DNA of 48,135 bases from Gemmatimonadota bacterium. GTDB taxonomy: Bacteria; Gemmatimonadota; Gemmatimonadetes; Longimicrobiales; RSA9. The notes under the pieces were generated by a model. That model worked only from the letters and a program-made list of their open reading frames with translations, did not search any database and had not been told where the DNA came from. The stretch covers positions 1-48,135 of the forward strand of contig JBBDRO010000029.1 of assembly GCA_040905425.1 (NCBI GenBank), given 5' to 3'. This document shows, one piece after another, positions 7,878 to 18,400 of this stretch. Numbering within the stretch: position 1 is the stretch's first letter; the number at the start of each line of letters is the position of its first letter. The translations under genes were made by a program, and so were the position numbers.

Positions 7878-9988
7878 GGCGGGCCGCCCCCGCGCAGGGC
7901 GTCGGCGAGGGCACCGTCCAGACGCTGAAGCGCCGCCGGACGGTGCGCGCCGGGCGCTTCGGGGAGTCGCGCCCGGATGAGGCGCGAGAGCTCCAGCACC
8001 GCCCCTTCCAGCCGCGCGCGGGCCGTTGCCGTGCTGCCCTCCCCGGCGGCGGCGTCCGCCTCCAGGAGCAGCGCGGCCACGTCGCGGAGCGCCTCCGCAC
8101 CCGGGTCGATGCGGAGGAGCCGCGCCGCCAGGTCCGCCGCGTCCCGGAGGGCTGCCGTTTGAACGTCCGCCGGCGTTGCTTCGCCCGCCAGCGCCGCCGC
8201 GTCCGCCAGCACACGGCGCAGGGCGGCGAGCTCCGGGTCCACCGGCGCCTCCGCACGGGGCAGCGGGGGTGGCACGGCGTCGGCCAGGGCGCCGGTCAGT
8301 CGCCGGGAGCTGTCCAGCCGCTCGCGCTCGGTGAGGGCGCGCATGATGTAGCGGCGCCGGGAGAAGGCCTCCTGCAGAAAGATCAGGGCGGTCCGTTCGG
8401 CCTCCAGCGCCTCCTCCAGCTCCACCGCCATGAGCAGGGTCACGGCGTGGCTCATGGCCTGGATGGCGCGGGCCAGGTCGATGCGTCCCTGGCTGGCCAG
8501 CCTGCCCTCGGCCACGGCGGCGTCGGCGCGCGCGTGGGCCTCCTCGTGCAGCTCCATGAGGCCCGCCTCCACTTCACCCTCGTCCTCCAGTTCGCCGCCC
8601 AGCATGAAGACGAACTCCGCGCGCACCGTGCGCTGGGCGGCAGCCAGACGCGCCGCCTCGTAGGCAAGATCCTCCGCGGGGAGCGTGTCCCGCGCCGCCA
8701 TAAGCCGCTCGGTCAGGACCACCACCATCTGCTGGCTGAGGGCGTAGCGGTCCAGGTCATCCTCGGCGGCGAAGCCGCCGGCCACGGCGGCATCCTCACT
8801 CACCACCTCGATCAGCCAGCTGTCCGATTCGGCGGCGGGGGCGCCGGGGCGCGCGTCGGTGGCCTGGGCGCGGTAGACCACCATGTCCCCACGCTCCAGA
8901 TCGAGGCCGGCGAGCGGCCAGCGTGCGCGCCCGCGCCAGATACGGGGTCCCGAGCGCGTGATCTCGAGCGGCACCTCCCCGTCCAGAAAGGTGAACTGCT
9001 CACCGAAGCCGGTGACCTTGGTGTAGCCCAGCGTGAGGCCGGTGAGGGCGTGGTCGTCCGCCGCCTCCACGACCACCTCCACGGCGCGCTGGCCGTCGGG
9101 CACGCGGAGGTCGCGACCGGGGGTCACGACGCGCACCTCCGGGGCTCGGTCCACCACCACCGTAAGTCCGATGAGCCGCCGCGCCGCAGCGCCATCACCC
9201 GCGGGGCGGGCCTCGATGGACAGGAAGCCGTCCGCAGCGGCGGGGACCCGGCCGGTGAACGTGCCGTCCGGACCCGCGGCCAGCGTGTCCCGGCCGTCCA
9301 CGGTCTCCAGCGTGACGCGCGCGGCGGTGGCGCGGACGCGTATGCGCAGCCCGCTGCCGGCCAGCGCCTCCACGCGTGCGGGATCGCGGAGCGTGACGGT
9401 GTCCGCCGGCAGATAGGCGGGCGGCGTGACGAGCACCTCCACGCCCTGGATCACCGCGTTGCCGTCCGCGGCGTCCACCAGCGCGGGCAGCCCCTCGGGG
9501 CGCGCCATCATCAGCGCCAGCCCGAGCGCCCAGCAGCCGGCGCTGGCGCCCAGCAGCGCGAGCCCCCGCCCGACCGGCTGCAGCGTGCGCGCGTCGAGCG
9601 GCCGGAGCACCCGGCCGGCCTCGGCCAGCACCACGGCGCGGATGTGCGGCGGGATGCTCCCGGGCCGCACGACCAGCTCGGCCGCGGTGAGCACCACGTT
9701 GCGGCTGGCCGGAACGCGGCGCTCCACAACGTGCGCTGTGGAGGGCCGGCGGCGCCGCACGGACAGCGCAACCAGCGCACCGGCCAGCGCGCCCGCCAGG
9801 GCCAGGCCGAGGCGCAAGCCGGCCGTGCCGCGCTCAGGGGCCAGCCACCAGAGGAGCAGCGCGCCCGCCAGCGCCACGGCCATGCCGAGCGCAGCCCCGC
9901 GGGTGAGCGCCACGATGCGCAGGCGCCGCTCCACCGCCGCCAGAAAAGCGGCCAGGGCGGCCTCATCCGGGCGGGCCCGCGCGCTCAC
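7874..9988 (-). CDS. DUF4175-like membrane protein
   Basis: Three N-terminal TMs, VTPPAYLP, DRAPEVRVVTPGRD, AADDHAL, GDMVVYRAQATD, helical C-terminus. GTG 9988 overlaps the upstream TGA. Confidence 0.75.
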   Translation of the reverse strand: MSARARPDEAALAAFLAAVERRLRIVALTRGAALGMAVALAGALLLWWLAPERGTAGLRLGLALAGALAGALVALSVRRRRPSTAHVVERRVPASRNVVLTAAELVVRPGSIPPHIRAVVLAEAGRVLRPLDARTLQPVGRGLALLGASAGCWALGLALMMARPEGLPALVDAADGNAVIQGVEVLVTPPAYLPADTVTLRDPARVEALAGSGLRIRVRATAARVTLETVDGRDTLAAGPDGTFTGRVPAAADGFLSIEARPAGDGAAARRLIGLTVVVDRAPEVRVVTPGRDLRVPDGQRAVEVVVEAADDHALTGLTLGYTKVTGFGEQFTFLDGEVPLEITRSGPRIWRGRARWPLAGLDLERGDMVVYRAQATDARPGAPAAESDSWLIEVVSEDAAVAGGFAAEDDLDRYALSQQMVVVLTERLMAARDTLPAEDLAYEAARLAAAQRTVRAEFVFMLGGELEDEGEVEAGLMELHEEAHARADAAVAEGRLASQGRIDLARAIQAMSHAVTLLMAVELEEALEAERTALIFLQEAFSRRRYIMRALTERERLDSSRRLTGALADAVPPPLPRAEAPVDPELAALRRVLADAAALAGEATPADVQTAALRDAADLAARLLRIDPGAEALRDVAALLLEADAAAGEGSTATARARLEGAVLELSRLIRARLPEAPGAHRPAALQRLDGALADALRGGGPP

Positions 9989-11409
9989 GGTGCCTCCTCC
10001 GCGAGCGGCCGCGTCCCCGTCCGGCGCCGCAGCAGCGTCTCGGCGCCGAGCAGCAGCAGGACCACTGCCCACAGCCAACGCCCGTCCGAGGCGCCCGGCG
10101 GCACGGCCGCCGCGGCGGAAGGGGGCGGGGCGGCCGGCCTGGCCCAGCGTTCCAGCCACTCGCTGGAGAGCGTCACCGGCTCCGCTTCGGCCACGGCGGC
10201 GGCAGGCCAGCCGGCCTGGAGCGCGGCCGTGAGCGCCGCGGCCGCCGTGATGCCGTCATCCGCAACCAGCACCACGAGCGCCAGGTGATCGGTCCCTTCG
10301 ACCGGCACGCGCGTAGCCAGGACGGCCGGTTCTCCGTCCGGCGTGCGCGCCACAGCTGTCAGCGTGCCCGCAGCCGTCGACACGGTGCGTCCAGCCCCCT
10401 CTACCGCGGCAGCCAGCGCCGCGTCTCGGCCGAGCGCCGCCACCACGTCCCCCATCCAGGGCGCCTCCAGCGGCCGGGCCTCAGCCAGCAGCGCCTCGAG
10501 GCCCGGGTACCCCGGCAGCACCAGGGCGAGTGGAGGGAAGTCAGGTCCCGCCGGCGCGGACGCCAGGGCGGCCCGCCGCACCGCCGCCGCGAGCGCGGCC
10601 TCCCCGGGGCCATGCAGCACCACCGATCCGGAGACAGGCGCACCAGGCTCCCCGCTCCACGACCACGTCACCGCCGTGGTGTCCCCCGCGGCGGTCGTAC
10701 GCGCCGTGAGCCGCAGGTCACCCTGCACGCCCGTCCATACCACCGGATCCAGCGTGACCGGTCCCGCCACACGCCGCAACGCCAGCCCCACGTGCTCCGG
10801 CACGCCCGCCAGATCCAGAGAATCCAGGGCGCCCCGCTGGAAGTCCGATAGGACTACCAGCTCCTTCATGCCGGGCTGTCCCGCGAGCCAGGCAGCGGCG
10901 CCGTCGAGCACGGCGCCGGGAGCGGCCGTGGGGATGACCAGACCGGTGGTCGCCGCACCCGCCGCGCCCGCCGCACCTGCACCCGGACGCGGACCCGCAC
11001 CGGCGCCCTGACCCGCATCCGCCCCGCCAGCAAGCGCCAGCCGCTCCCCCTCGGCCAGCGCCGCGTCCACGGCCGCCTGCCCGTCAGCGAGCGGCCCGCG
11101 CATGCTGGCGCTCGTGTCCACCACCACGGCGCGCGCCACCGTGCGCGTCTGCCAGGCCGCCCGCTCGCCCGTCAGCAGGTACGGCTGCGCCAGCGCCGCG
11201 ACGGCCAGGAGCAGGATGAGCAGCCGCAGGGCCAGCAGCAGCAGGTCGGTGGGGCGCGCCCGCCGCGCCGTGAGGAGGCGCGCGTGGGGCAGGAAGCGCA
11301 GCGAGGGAAAGGGTTGGCGCGGCGCGCGCTGCCGCGCCAGCAGGTGCACCAGGATCGGCACCGCCAGCGTGAGCAGCCCCAGCCACGCCCAGGGATTCTG
11401 CCAGATCAT
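9985..11409 (-). CDS. BatA-domain/vWA membrane protein
   Basis: MIWQNPWAWLGLLTLAVPILVHLL..FPSLRFL..LLLALR..ALAQP (BatA N-terminus); MIDAS-like VDTSASM and LSDFQ; C-terminal TM. Confidence 0.87.
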   Translation of the reverse strand: MIWQNPWAWLGLLTLAVPILVHLLARQRAPRQPFPSLRFLPHARLLTARRARPTDLLLLALRLLILLLAVAALAQPYLLTGERAAWQTRTVARAVVVDTSASMRGPLADGQAAVDAALAEGERLALAGGADAGQGAGAGPRPGAGAAGAAGAATTGLVIPTAAPGAVLDGAAAWLAGQPGMKELVVLSDFQRGALDSLDLAGVPEHVGLALRRVAGPVTLDPVVWTGVQGDLRLTARTTAAGDTTAVTWSWSGEPGAPVSGSVVLHGPGEAALAAAVRRAALASAPAGPDFPPLALVLPGYPGLEALLAEARPLEAPWMGDVVAALGRDAALAAAVEGAGRTVSTAAGTLTAVARTPDGEPAVLATRVPVEGTDHLALVVLVADDGITAAAALTAALQAGWPAAAVAEAEPVTLSSEWLERWARPAAPPPSAAAAVPPGASDGRWLWAVVLLLLGAETLLRRRTGTRPLAEEAP

Positions 11410-12335
11410 CGGGCGCCGGCCGCGTGGGCCGCGGCGTTGCGCCGCAGCAGGAAGGCGCGCAGCGCGCTCGCGGGGGCGTCGGCGGTGGTGGCCAGGTGGT
11501 AGTCCACGCCCGCGCGCGCGGCGCCCGTACGGCAGCGCGTCAGAAAGGCCTGCACGGCGGCCGCGTAGCTTCCGGCCGCCGCCCGGGCGTGCACCACGCG
11601 CCGGGCCCCACTCTCCAGATCCTGGAACTCGACCTCACCGTGGGCGGGCAGGGTGAGTTCGGCCTCGGCCAGCAGCTGGAGCATGGCCACGTCGTGGCCG
11701 CCGCGCGCCGCGCGTGTGAGTGCCGCCCGCGTACCCTCCTCGTCGTCGTAAAAATCGGAGAGCACGAGCAGTACGCCGCGCCGCCCGAGCAGCTCGGCAC
11801 CACGCTCGATGGCGCGGGGAGCGTCCCAGGCGCCCCGGCCTGAAAGCGCGCCGATGCGGCCCGTCAGCGCGCGCAGCTGCGGCCGGCCGCCGCGCGCCGG
11901 CAGGTAGTCAAGCCGCCCGTCACCGGCCGTCAGCAGGCCGCAGGCGTCCCCCTGGGTGATGATGACGCGCGCCAGCGAGGCCGCCAGGATCGCCGCATAG
12001 TTCAGCTTGGAGACGCCGGCCTCGGGAAAGGCCATGGATGCGCTGGTGTCCACCACGAGCATGGCTTCCAGGCGGGTGGCCTCGCGGAACTGGCGGGTGT
12101 GCAGGCGGTCCGTGCGGGCCAGCAGCTTCCAGTCCAGGTACTTGAGGTCGTCACCCGGATGGTAGGGGCGGTGCTGCCGGAACTCCGTGCCGCCGCCCCG
12201 GCGCACGCTGCGATGCGCCCCCGCCTGCGCACCGTCCACCACGATGCGGGCGGCCAGCTCCAGACTGCCCATGGCCGCCAGGTGCTCCGCGGAGAGCGGC
12301 GACGGCGCGGACCGCGGCGGCACTCCGGTCTTCAC
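11406..12335 (-). CDS. DUF58 (vWA-like) protein
   Basis: GAHRS..RGGGTEFRQHRPYHPGDDLKYLDWKLLARTD, VDTSASM, LSDFY. GTG 12335 shares a base with the MoxR TAG. Confidence 0.9.
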   Translation of the reverse strand: MKTGVPPRSAPSPLSAEHLAAMGSLELAARIVVDGAQAGAHRSVRRGGGTEFRQHRPYHPGDDLKYLDWKLLARTDRLHTRQFREATRLEAMLVVDTSASMAFPEAGVSKLNYAAILAASLARVIITQGDACGLLTAGDGRLDYLPARGGRPQLRALTGRIGALSGRGAWDAPRAIERGAELLGRRGVLLVLSDFYDDEEGTRAALTRAARGGHDVAMLQLLAEAELTLPAHGEVEFQDLESGARRVVHARAAAGSYAAAVQAFLTRCRTGAARAGVDYHLATTADAPASALRAFLLRRNAAAHAAGAR

Positions 12336-13339
12336 TACGGCCGCACCGCCTCCAGCAGGCGGTGGATGACCTGGTCCGGCGTGACGGCCTCGGCCTCGGC
12401 GTGGAAGTTCAGCAGCACGCGGTGACGGAGCACGGGGAGTGCCACGGCGGTCACGTCCTCGGGCGCCGGGACCACACGGCCGTCCAGCAGCGCCGCGGCC
12501 TTGGCCCCCAGGATCAGCGCCTGCCCGGCGCGCGGCCCGGCACCCCAGCGTACCCACTCACGCACCGCCTCCACACCGCCCTCCGCGGCGGGGCGGGTGG
12601 CACGGCTCAGCCGGAGCGCATAGTCCACCACGTTGGAGGCGGCCGGCATGTCACGCACGAGCAGGCGGATGCGTTCCAACTCCAGCCCGGTGGCCACGGG
12701 GCTGGCCACTTGCTCTTCAAGCGACGTCGTCTGCGTCAGGATACTCCGCTCCTCCTCCTGCGCCGGGTACTCGATCACCACGTTCAGCATGAAGCGGTCG
12801 AGCTGCGCCTCGGGGAGGGGGTGCGTGCCTTCCTGCTCGATGGGGTTCTCCGTAGCCAGCACGAAGAGCGGGCGCTCCAGTTCGTGGCGCACGCCGCCCA
12901 CGGTGACCTGATACTCCTGCATGGCCTCCAGCAGCGCCGCCTGCGTGCGCGGCGGCGTGCGGTTGATCTCGTCGGCCAGGATGATGTTGGCAAAGATCGG
13001 CCCCGGGATGAAGCGGATGCTGCGCTGACCGGTGGCCGGGTCCTGGTCGATGACCTCGGTCCCCAGGATGTCGGACGGCATGAGGTCGGGCGTGAACTGG
13101 ATGCGGCTGAAGGTCAGGCTCATGGCGTCGGCCAGCGTCTTGATGAGCAGCGTCTTGGCAAGCCCCGGCACGCCGCGCAGCAAGCAGTGCCCGCCCGCCA
13201 GCACGCAGATCAGCACCTCACGGCGCACCTGCTCCTGGCCGATGATGACGCGGCCCACCTGCTCGTCCAGGCGCGCCACCAGCGCCGCCGAGTCCGCGAA
13301 CGCGTCCTGGCCGGTCGCCTGCTCCAGGGATGCCTCCAC
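12335..13339 (-). CDS. moxR: MoxR family AAA+ ATPase
   Basis: GVPGLAKT (Walker A), RIQFTPDLMPSD, ILADEINR (Walker B), QAALLEAMQE, NPIEQEGTHPLPEAQLDRF. Confidence 0.95.
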   Translation of the reverse strand: MEASLEQATGQDAFADSAALVARLDEQVGRVIIGQEQVRREVLICVLAGGHCLLRGVPGLAKTLLIKTLADAMSLTFSRIQFTPDLMPSDILGTEVIDQDPATGQRSIRFIPGPIFANIILADEINRTPPRTQAALLEAMQEYQVTVGGVRHELERPLFVLATENPIEQEGTHPLPEAQLDRFMLNVVIEYPAQEEERSILTQTTSLEEQVASPVATGLELERIRLLVRDMPAASNVVDYALRLSRATRPAAEGGVEAVREWVRWGAGPRAGQALILGAKAAALLDGRVVPAPEDVTAVALPVLRHRVLLNFHAEAEAVTPDQVIHRLLEAVRP

Positions 13340-13345
13340 CCGCGC

Positions 13346-14821
13346 CTACCTCTCCTCCACGTCCGGCAATCCGTCCAGCCGGAAGTTCTCCGCCAGTTCG
13401 GGGAACTGGTTGGTCTCCAGCGCGCGGGAGGCAATCAGCTCTCCCACCACTGGTCCGAACTTGAAGCCCTCGGCGCTGCCGCCACCCGCCAGCCAGACGT
13501 TCTCCAGCCCCGGGTAGTGGTCGATGATCCAGTCCCGCGTGGCGCTGCTCTCGTAGTGGCAGGCATGGGTCTGTACAACGGGCGCGTCGGCCAGATCGGG
13601 GAAGCGCTCCACGACCACCTGCCGCGGGCGGTCCAGCTGCTCTGGCGGCACCCAGCGGTCCGAGGTGTCCGGGTCCTCACCGCCGCGGCCGCCCGTGCGC
13701 ACGCGGAAGCCGCGGTTGTCCGGCGGCAGGCACGGCCAGCCCGTCACGCCGGGGAAGTTCCAGCTGGGCATGTTGGGGTACTGGAAGCGCAGGTCGCCCG
13801 CGGGCGGGCCGTAGTAGACCACGTTGCCGATGGGGATACGGATCTTGTCCGCCATGACGTCCTGGAAGGTGGTGGCGAACCAGGGCCCGAGGGCAAAGAC
13901 GAAGCGGTCGGCGGGCAGCCGCTCGCCGTTCACCTGGACGTCCAGCATGCGCCCGCCGGAGCGATTGCCGAGCTCCGCGCGGCCCAGGCGGATCTCCCCG
14001 CCGCGCTGCTGGAAGAGCGCGGCCACCCGCTGGCAGGTGGCCCGCGCCCGCACCACGCCGGCGCCCGGCTCGTAGAGGCAGTGCGTGATGCCCGTGAGAT
14101 CGATCCCCGGCCAGCGGTAGGCCGCCTCCTCCGGGGAGATCTGGTCGTAGGCAATCCCCACCGTGTCCCAGATCTCCTTCACTTCGGTGATGAAGCCCTC
14201 TTCCGTGTCCCGGCAGATGAGGTCACCGGTGTTGTAGAAGACCGGGGGGCCCATGGTGGCGGCGTGCTCCTCGTCGAACTGCTGCCAGCGCAGGATGGCG
14301 CGCTGCGCCCACGACGTCCACTGCTCGCGCCCGGGATAGGAGGTGCGCACGCCACGCGTCTCGTCCCCCGAAGTGGAGCGCACGTTGCCGGGGCCGTAGA
14401 GGTCCACGACGGTGACGCGGGCGCCCATCTCCTGGAGGTGGAGCGCGGTCCAGATGCCGAAGGCGCCCGCGCCCACCACCACCACGTCCGGACCCGCACC
14501 GCGCCGGATGCCGGAGCGGGGATCCGGGCTCTCGCAACCGGCCAGCAGGCCGCCGAGCCCGCCGGTGGCGGCCAGCCCGGCGCCCGCGCCGGTGAGGCGG
14601 AGGAAGCTCCGCCGGTCGGGTCCGCGGGAACCGCCGTCGGCGGCGTCGGCCGGCTCGCCTCGCGAGGTGGCGCCCGACCCGCCGCCCCCGTCCGTGCCGC
14701 TCGTGGGCCGAGCCCCCGGCGCGGCATCGAAAGTGGGAGACGTGCCGGAATCCGGAACGCGCGCCCCGGAATCTGCCGCGCGGACGTCGCTTACATCCGG
14801 TTGCTTGCCGTCCGTGCTCAT
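13346..14821 (-). CDS. Monomeric sarcosine oxidase-like FAD-dependent amine/amino-acid oxidase, Tat lipoprotein
   Basis: RRSFLR followed by lipobox LLAGC; GAGAFG dinucleotide-binding motif; SGDETRGVRTSY; ACHYE (position of the MSOX FAD-attachment Cys); GSAEGFKFGPVVG. ATG 14821 overlaps the RidA stop. Confidence 0.85.
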   Translation of the reverse strand: MSTDGKQPDVSDVRAADSGARVPDSGTSPTFDAAPGARPTSGTDGGGGSGATSRGEPADAADGGSRGPDRRSFLRLTGAGAGLAATGGLGGLLAGCESPDPRSGIRRGAGPDVVVVGAGAFGIWTALHLQEMGARVTVVDLYGPGNVRSTSGDETRGVRTSYPGREQWTSWAQRAILRWQQFDEEHAATMGPPVFYNTGDLICRDTEEGFITEVKEIWDTVGIAYDQISPEEAAYRWPGIDLTGITHCLYEPGAGVVRARATCQRVAALFQQRGGEIRLGRAELGNRSGGRMLDVQVNGERLPADRFVFALGPWFATTFQDVMADKIRIPIGNVVYYGPPAGDLRFQYPNMPSWNFPGVTGWPCLPPDNRGFRVRTGGRGGEDPDTSDRWVPPEQLDRPRQVVVERFPDLADAPVVQTHACHYESSATRDWIIDHYPGLENVWLAGGGSAEGFKFGPVVGELIASRALETNQFPELAENFRLDGLPDVEER

Positions 14822-15267
14822 CGAACGGCGGCGATGCACTCGATCTCCACCCGCGCGTTGGCCGGCAGCGCCTGCACCGCGATGGCGGAGCGGGCCGGCG
14901 GATCGGCGGTGAAGAACTGGGCGTAGACCTCGTTCATGCCCCCGTAGTCGGCCATGTCGATCATGAAGACCGTGCACTTCACGGCGTCGGCCATGGTGAG
15001 GCCGGCGGCGGTGAGGCGCTCCTGAACGCCCTCGAGGGCCTGGCGCGTGGCCGGGCCGATCTCGCCGCGGCCGATGACGCCCGACAGGAAGAGCAGGTTG
15101 CCGCTGCGCACGCCGGGCGAGTACGGCGTGGTGACGGGGCCGCCGGCGGGATTCAGGATCTCCTTGAGCGGCGCGGCGTCGGCTCCGCCGCTGCCCGTGG
15201 CGCAGCCGGCCACGAGCGGGAGGAGCAGGGTGAGCACGACGGGGAGGGACCGGCGGATTGCCCGCAT
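14818..15267 (-). CDS. RidA/YjgF family imine deaminase with lipoprotein signal
   Basis: Lipobox LVAGC; PYSPGV..GNLLFLSG, VKCTVF, MNEVY..FF, PPARS (catalytic Arg), VEIECIA; AGGAG upstream of ATG 15267. Confidence 0.9.
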   Translation of the reverse strand: MRAIRRSLPVVLTLLLPLVAGCATGSGGADAAPLKEILNPAGGPVTTPYSPGVRSGNLLFLSGVIGRGEIGPATRQALEGVQERLTAAGLTMADAVKCTVFMIDMADYGGMNEVYAQFFTADPPARSAIAVQALPANARVEIECIAAVR

Positions 15268-15311
15268 GGCAACGTGGCTCCTGCTGGGGTGATGGTTGGG
15301 TCGAGGTCTAC

Positions 15312-15414
15312 AGTATAGGCCGCCGCGCCCCGCCTTGCACCAGTTTCGTGGGGGCGGCGCGGTGCGCGGCCAGCGTTTTGGCGCTTGCAGGCGTCCCTCC
15401 ACAGGCGGTAGACT
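15312..15414. promoter_or_regulatory. Back-to-back sigma70-like promoters
   Basis: Minus: GTGCAA(15340-15335)-17-TATACT(15317-15312) toward ridA. Plus: TTGCAG(15385-15390)-18-TAGACT(15409-15414) toward the VPS10 gene. Confidence 0.5.
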
Positions 15415-15451
15415 CGTCCCAACCTGCCCACACACCCTGGAAGCTGAAGCC

Positions 15452-18400
15452 ATGCCTCGAAGCCCTATGCCCCGCGCCGTCCGCCTGGTCCTGGCACTCG
15501 GTGCCGTCCTCCTGACGTCGGCCCCGGCGGCCCCGGCGGCCCCGGCGGCCGCCCAGCAGGCCGCGCCGATCACCGAGGCCGACCTGGCGGCCATCCACCC
15601 GCGCACCATCGGACCCGCCGTCTTCGGCGGGCGGATCACCGACGTGGACGTGGATCCCAGGGACCGCTCCACGGTGTACGTGGCCAGCGCGTCCGGTGGC
15701 TTGTGGAAGTCCACCAACCGGACGCAGAACTGGACCAACGTGTTTGCGGAGCAGCCGGTGGCCACCTTTGGCGCGGTCACGCTGGCGCCGTCCAACCCGG
15801 ACGTGATCTATGCCGGCACGGGCGAGCACAACAACCGCAACAGCACCTCATGGGGCAACGGCGTCTACCGTTCCGACGACGCCGGCCAGACGTGGCGGCA
15901 CCTGGGTCTCGAAGGCACGCGCCACGTGGGTGAGATCGTAGTGCACCCCACCAACCCCGACGTGGCCTACGTGGCTGGCCTGGGCAACCTGTGGGCGCCG
16001 GGCCCGGAGCGCGGCGTGTTCCGTACCACGGACGGCGGGCGGAGCTGGGACAAGGTGCTCTACTTCGACGAGTACACCGGCGGCGTGGACCTGGCCATGG
16101 ACCCCTCCAATCCTGACGTCATCTACGCCGGGATGTATGCCCGGCTGCGCAGTAGCTGGGGCTTCAACGGCGGCGGGCCGCACGGCGGCATCTACAAGAC
16201 CACCAACGGCGGGGAGAGCTGGGACAAGCTGGCGGGCGGGTTGCCGACCGGGAACGTGGGGCGCATCGGCGTGGAGGTCTCCGAGTCCAATCCCAACGTG
16301 CTGGTTGCGCTGGTGGAGGCGCCCAATCCGCGGCCGGCGGGCGGCGGCGGCGGGGGCGGCGGCGGCAATCGGGAGCCCGACGGCACGGGCACCTGGCGGA
16401 GCACGGACGGGGGCGCCACCTGGGAGAAGATGAGCGACCAGAACCAGCGCCCCATGTACTACTCGCACATCTTCGTGCATCCGCGTGATCCGGACCTGGT
16501 CATCAGCGCGGCCACCACCTCCCAGAAGAGCACCGACGGCGGACGCACCTGGACCAACATCGCGGCCCAGGCCACCTATGACGTGGGCGTGCACCTGGAC
16601 ATGCACGCGGTGTGGTGGGACCCGGAGAACACCGAGCACTTTTACCTGGCGGGCGACGGCGGCCTCTACGAGACCTTCAACGGCGGCCAGAGCTACCGCA
16701 AGATCAACAACCTGCCCATCGGGCAGTTCTACGCCATCGGCGTGGACCTGCGCGATCCGTACTACATCTACGGCGGCACCCAGGACAACCACTCCTGGAT
16801 GGGCCCCTCGGAGACGCGCCGCTTCGATGGCATCCTGAACGATGACTGGCAGCAGACCGGCTTCAGCGACGGCATGTACCAGCAGGTGGACAAGGCCGGC
16901 CCGCGCAACGTCTACAGCTCCTCCTACGGTGGCAACTACACGCGCGTGGACGTCATCGGCGGCACCAAGAAGTCCATCAATCCGCCCTCGCCGGAGGGGA
17001 GCCGCAACAGCTTCGACTGGACGTCGCCGAGCCTGGCCTCCGTGCACCAGGAGGGGTTGGTCTACCTGGGCGGCAACCGCCTCTTCATCTCGCGCGACTA
17101 CGGCGAGACGTGGGAGTGGAGCCAGGAGCTGCACCGCGGTTTGGACACCTCCGAGCGTGAGCTCATGGGCGTGCCGCGCAGCGATTTCTACATCTCCGCC
17201 AACGACGGCATCGGCGGCTTCGGCGTCATCACCACCCTGGCCGAGTCCCCGCTGGACGTGAACGTGCTCTGGATAGGCACGGATGACGGCAACCTGAAGT
17301 ACACGCGGGACCAGGGACAGTCGTGGACCGAGGTGAGCGGCAACGTGCCGGGGCTGCCCGACGAGAGCTACGTCAGCCGCGTGGACGCCTCGGCGCACGA
17401 CCTGGCCACGGCCTACGCCACCTTCGACCGGCACTACGACGGGGATTTTGCGCCCTACGTCTACCGTACCACGGACTGGGGCCAGACATGGATGCCGCTG
17501 CACGGGGGCCTGCCCGAGGGCTCGGCGAGCGTCATCGTGGAGCACCCGGACAACCCCAACGTGCTCTTCCTGGGCACCGAGCACGCCGCCTGGGTGAGCA
17601 CGAACGCCGGCGCCAACTGGGCCGAGGTGCGGAACATCCCCACCACCAGCCACGATGACATGCTGGTCCATCCGCGCGAGAAGGACCTGGTGATGGGCAC
17701 CCACGGCAACAGCATCTTCATCCTGGATGACACCCGCTTCCTGGCGGAGTGGACCGCCGCCGCCGTGGCCGCGCCCGCGCACCTCTTCTCCATCGGGGAC
17801 GGTACGCTCTTCCGCTACCGGAAGGACCAGTCCTACATAGCGCAGGCGGAGTTCACGGGGGAGAATCCGCCGGATGGCGTGGCGATCACCTACCGGCTGG
17901 GCGCCGGCAGCGGCCCGGCGGAGCTGGCCGTGAGCCGTGCCGACGGGCGGATTATCCGCCGCATGGTGGTGCCCGCCGCGGCCGGGGTGCACCGTGTCAA
18001 CTGGAACCTGCGCCACGGCGACCCCCAGGACCCCGACACCTGGGAGCGCTTCGAGGACCCCGACTATCCGCGCAATCCGCGCCAGAGCGGTGACTTCTAC
18101 GTGTCGCCCGGCACCTACACCGTGACGCTCAATGCGCGCGGCGTGGAGTCCAGCCAGCCGGTCCGAGTGCTGGCCGATCCGCTGCTGGAGCTGACGGACG
18201 CCGACTACCGCGCCACGGAGGATCTGCTGCTGCGGGTGCGCGACCTGGGTGACCGGCTGCAGGAGGCGGCCGAGGCGGCGTCGGATGAGGCCGCCGAGGC
18301 GCTGCAGACGCTGGTGCGGGAGGTGCGCGGCCTGGGTCGCGGCCTGGGTGACGCCGGCCGCTTCAACGACGGCAACTTCGGCCCGCCGGCGCCGGAAGCT

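Noticed and set aside
844..18016. Long opposite-strand ORFs (844-2532, 3319-4641, 4550-5944, 7943-10288, 12362-14926, 15848-18016, and similar ones later)
   Set aside because: Antisense shadows of motif-supported genes, expected in high-GC DNA; no recognisable domains.
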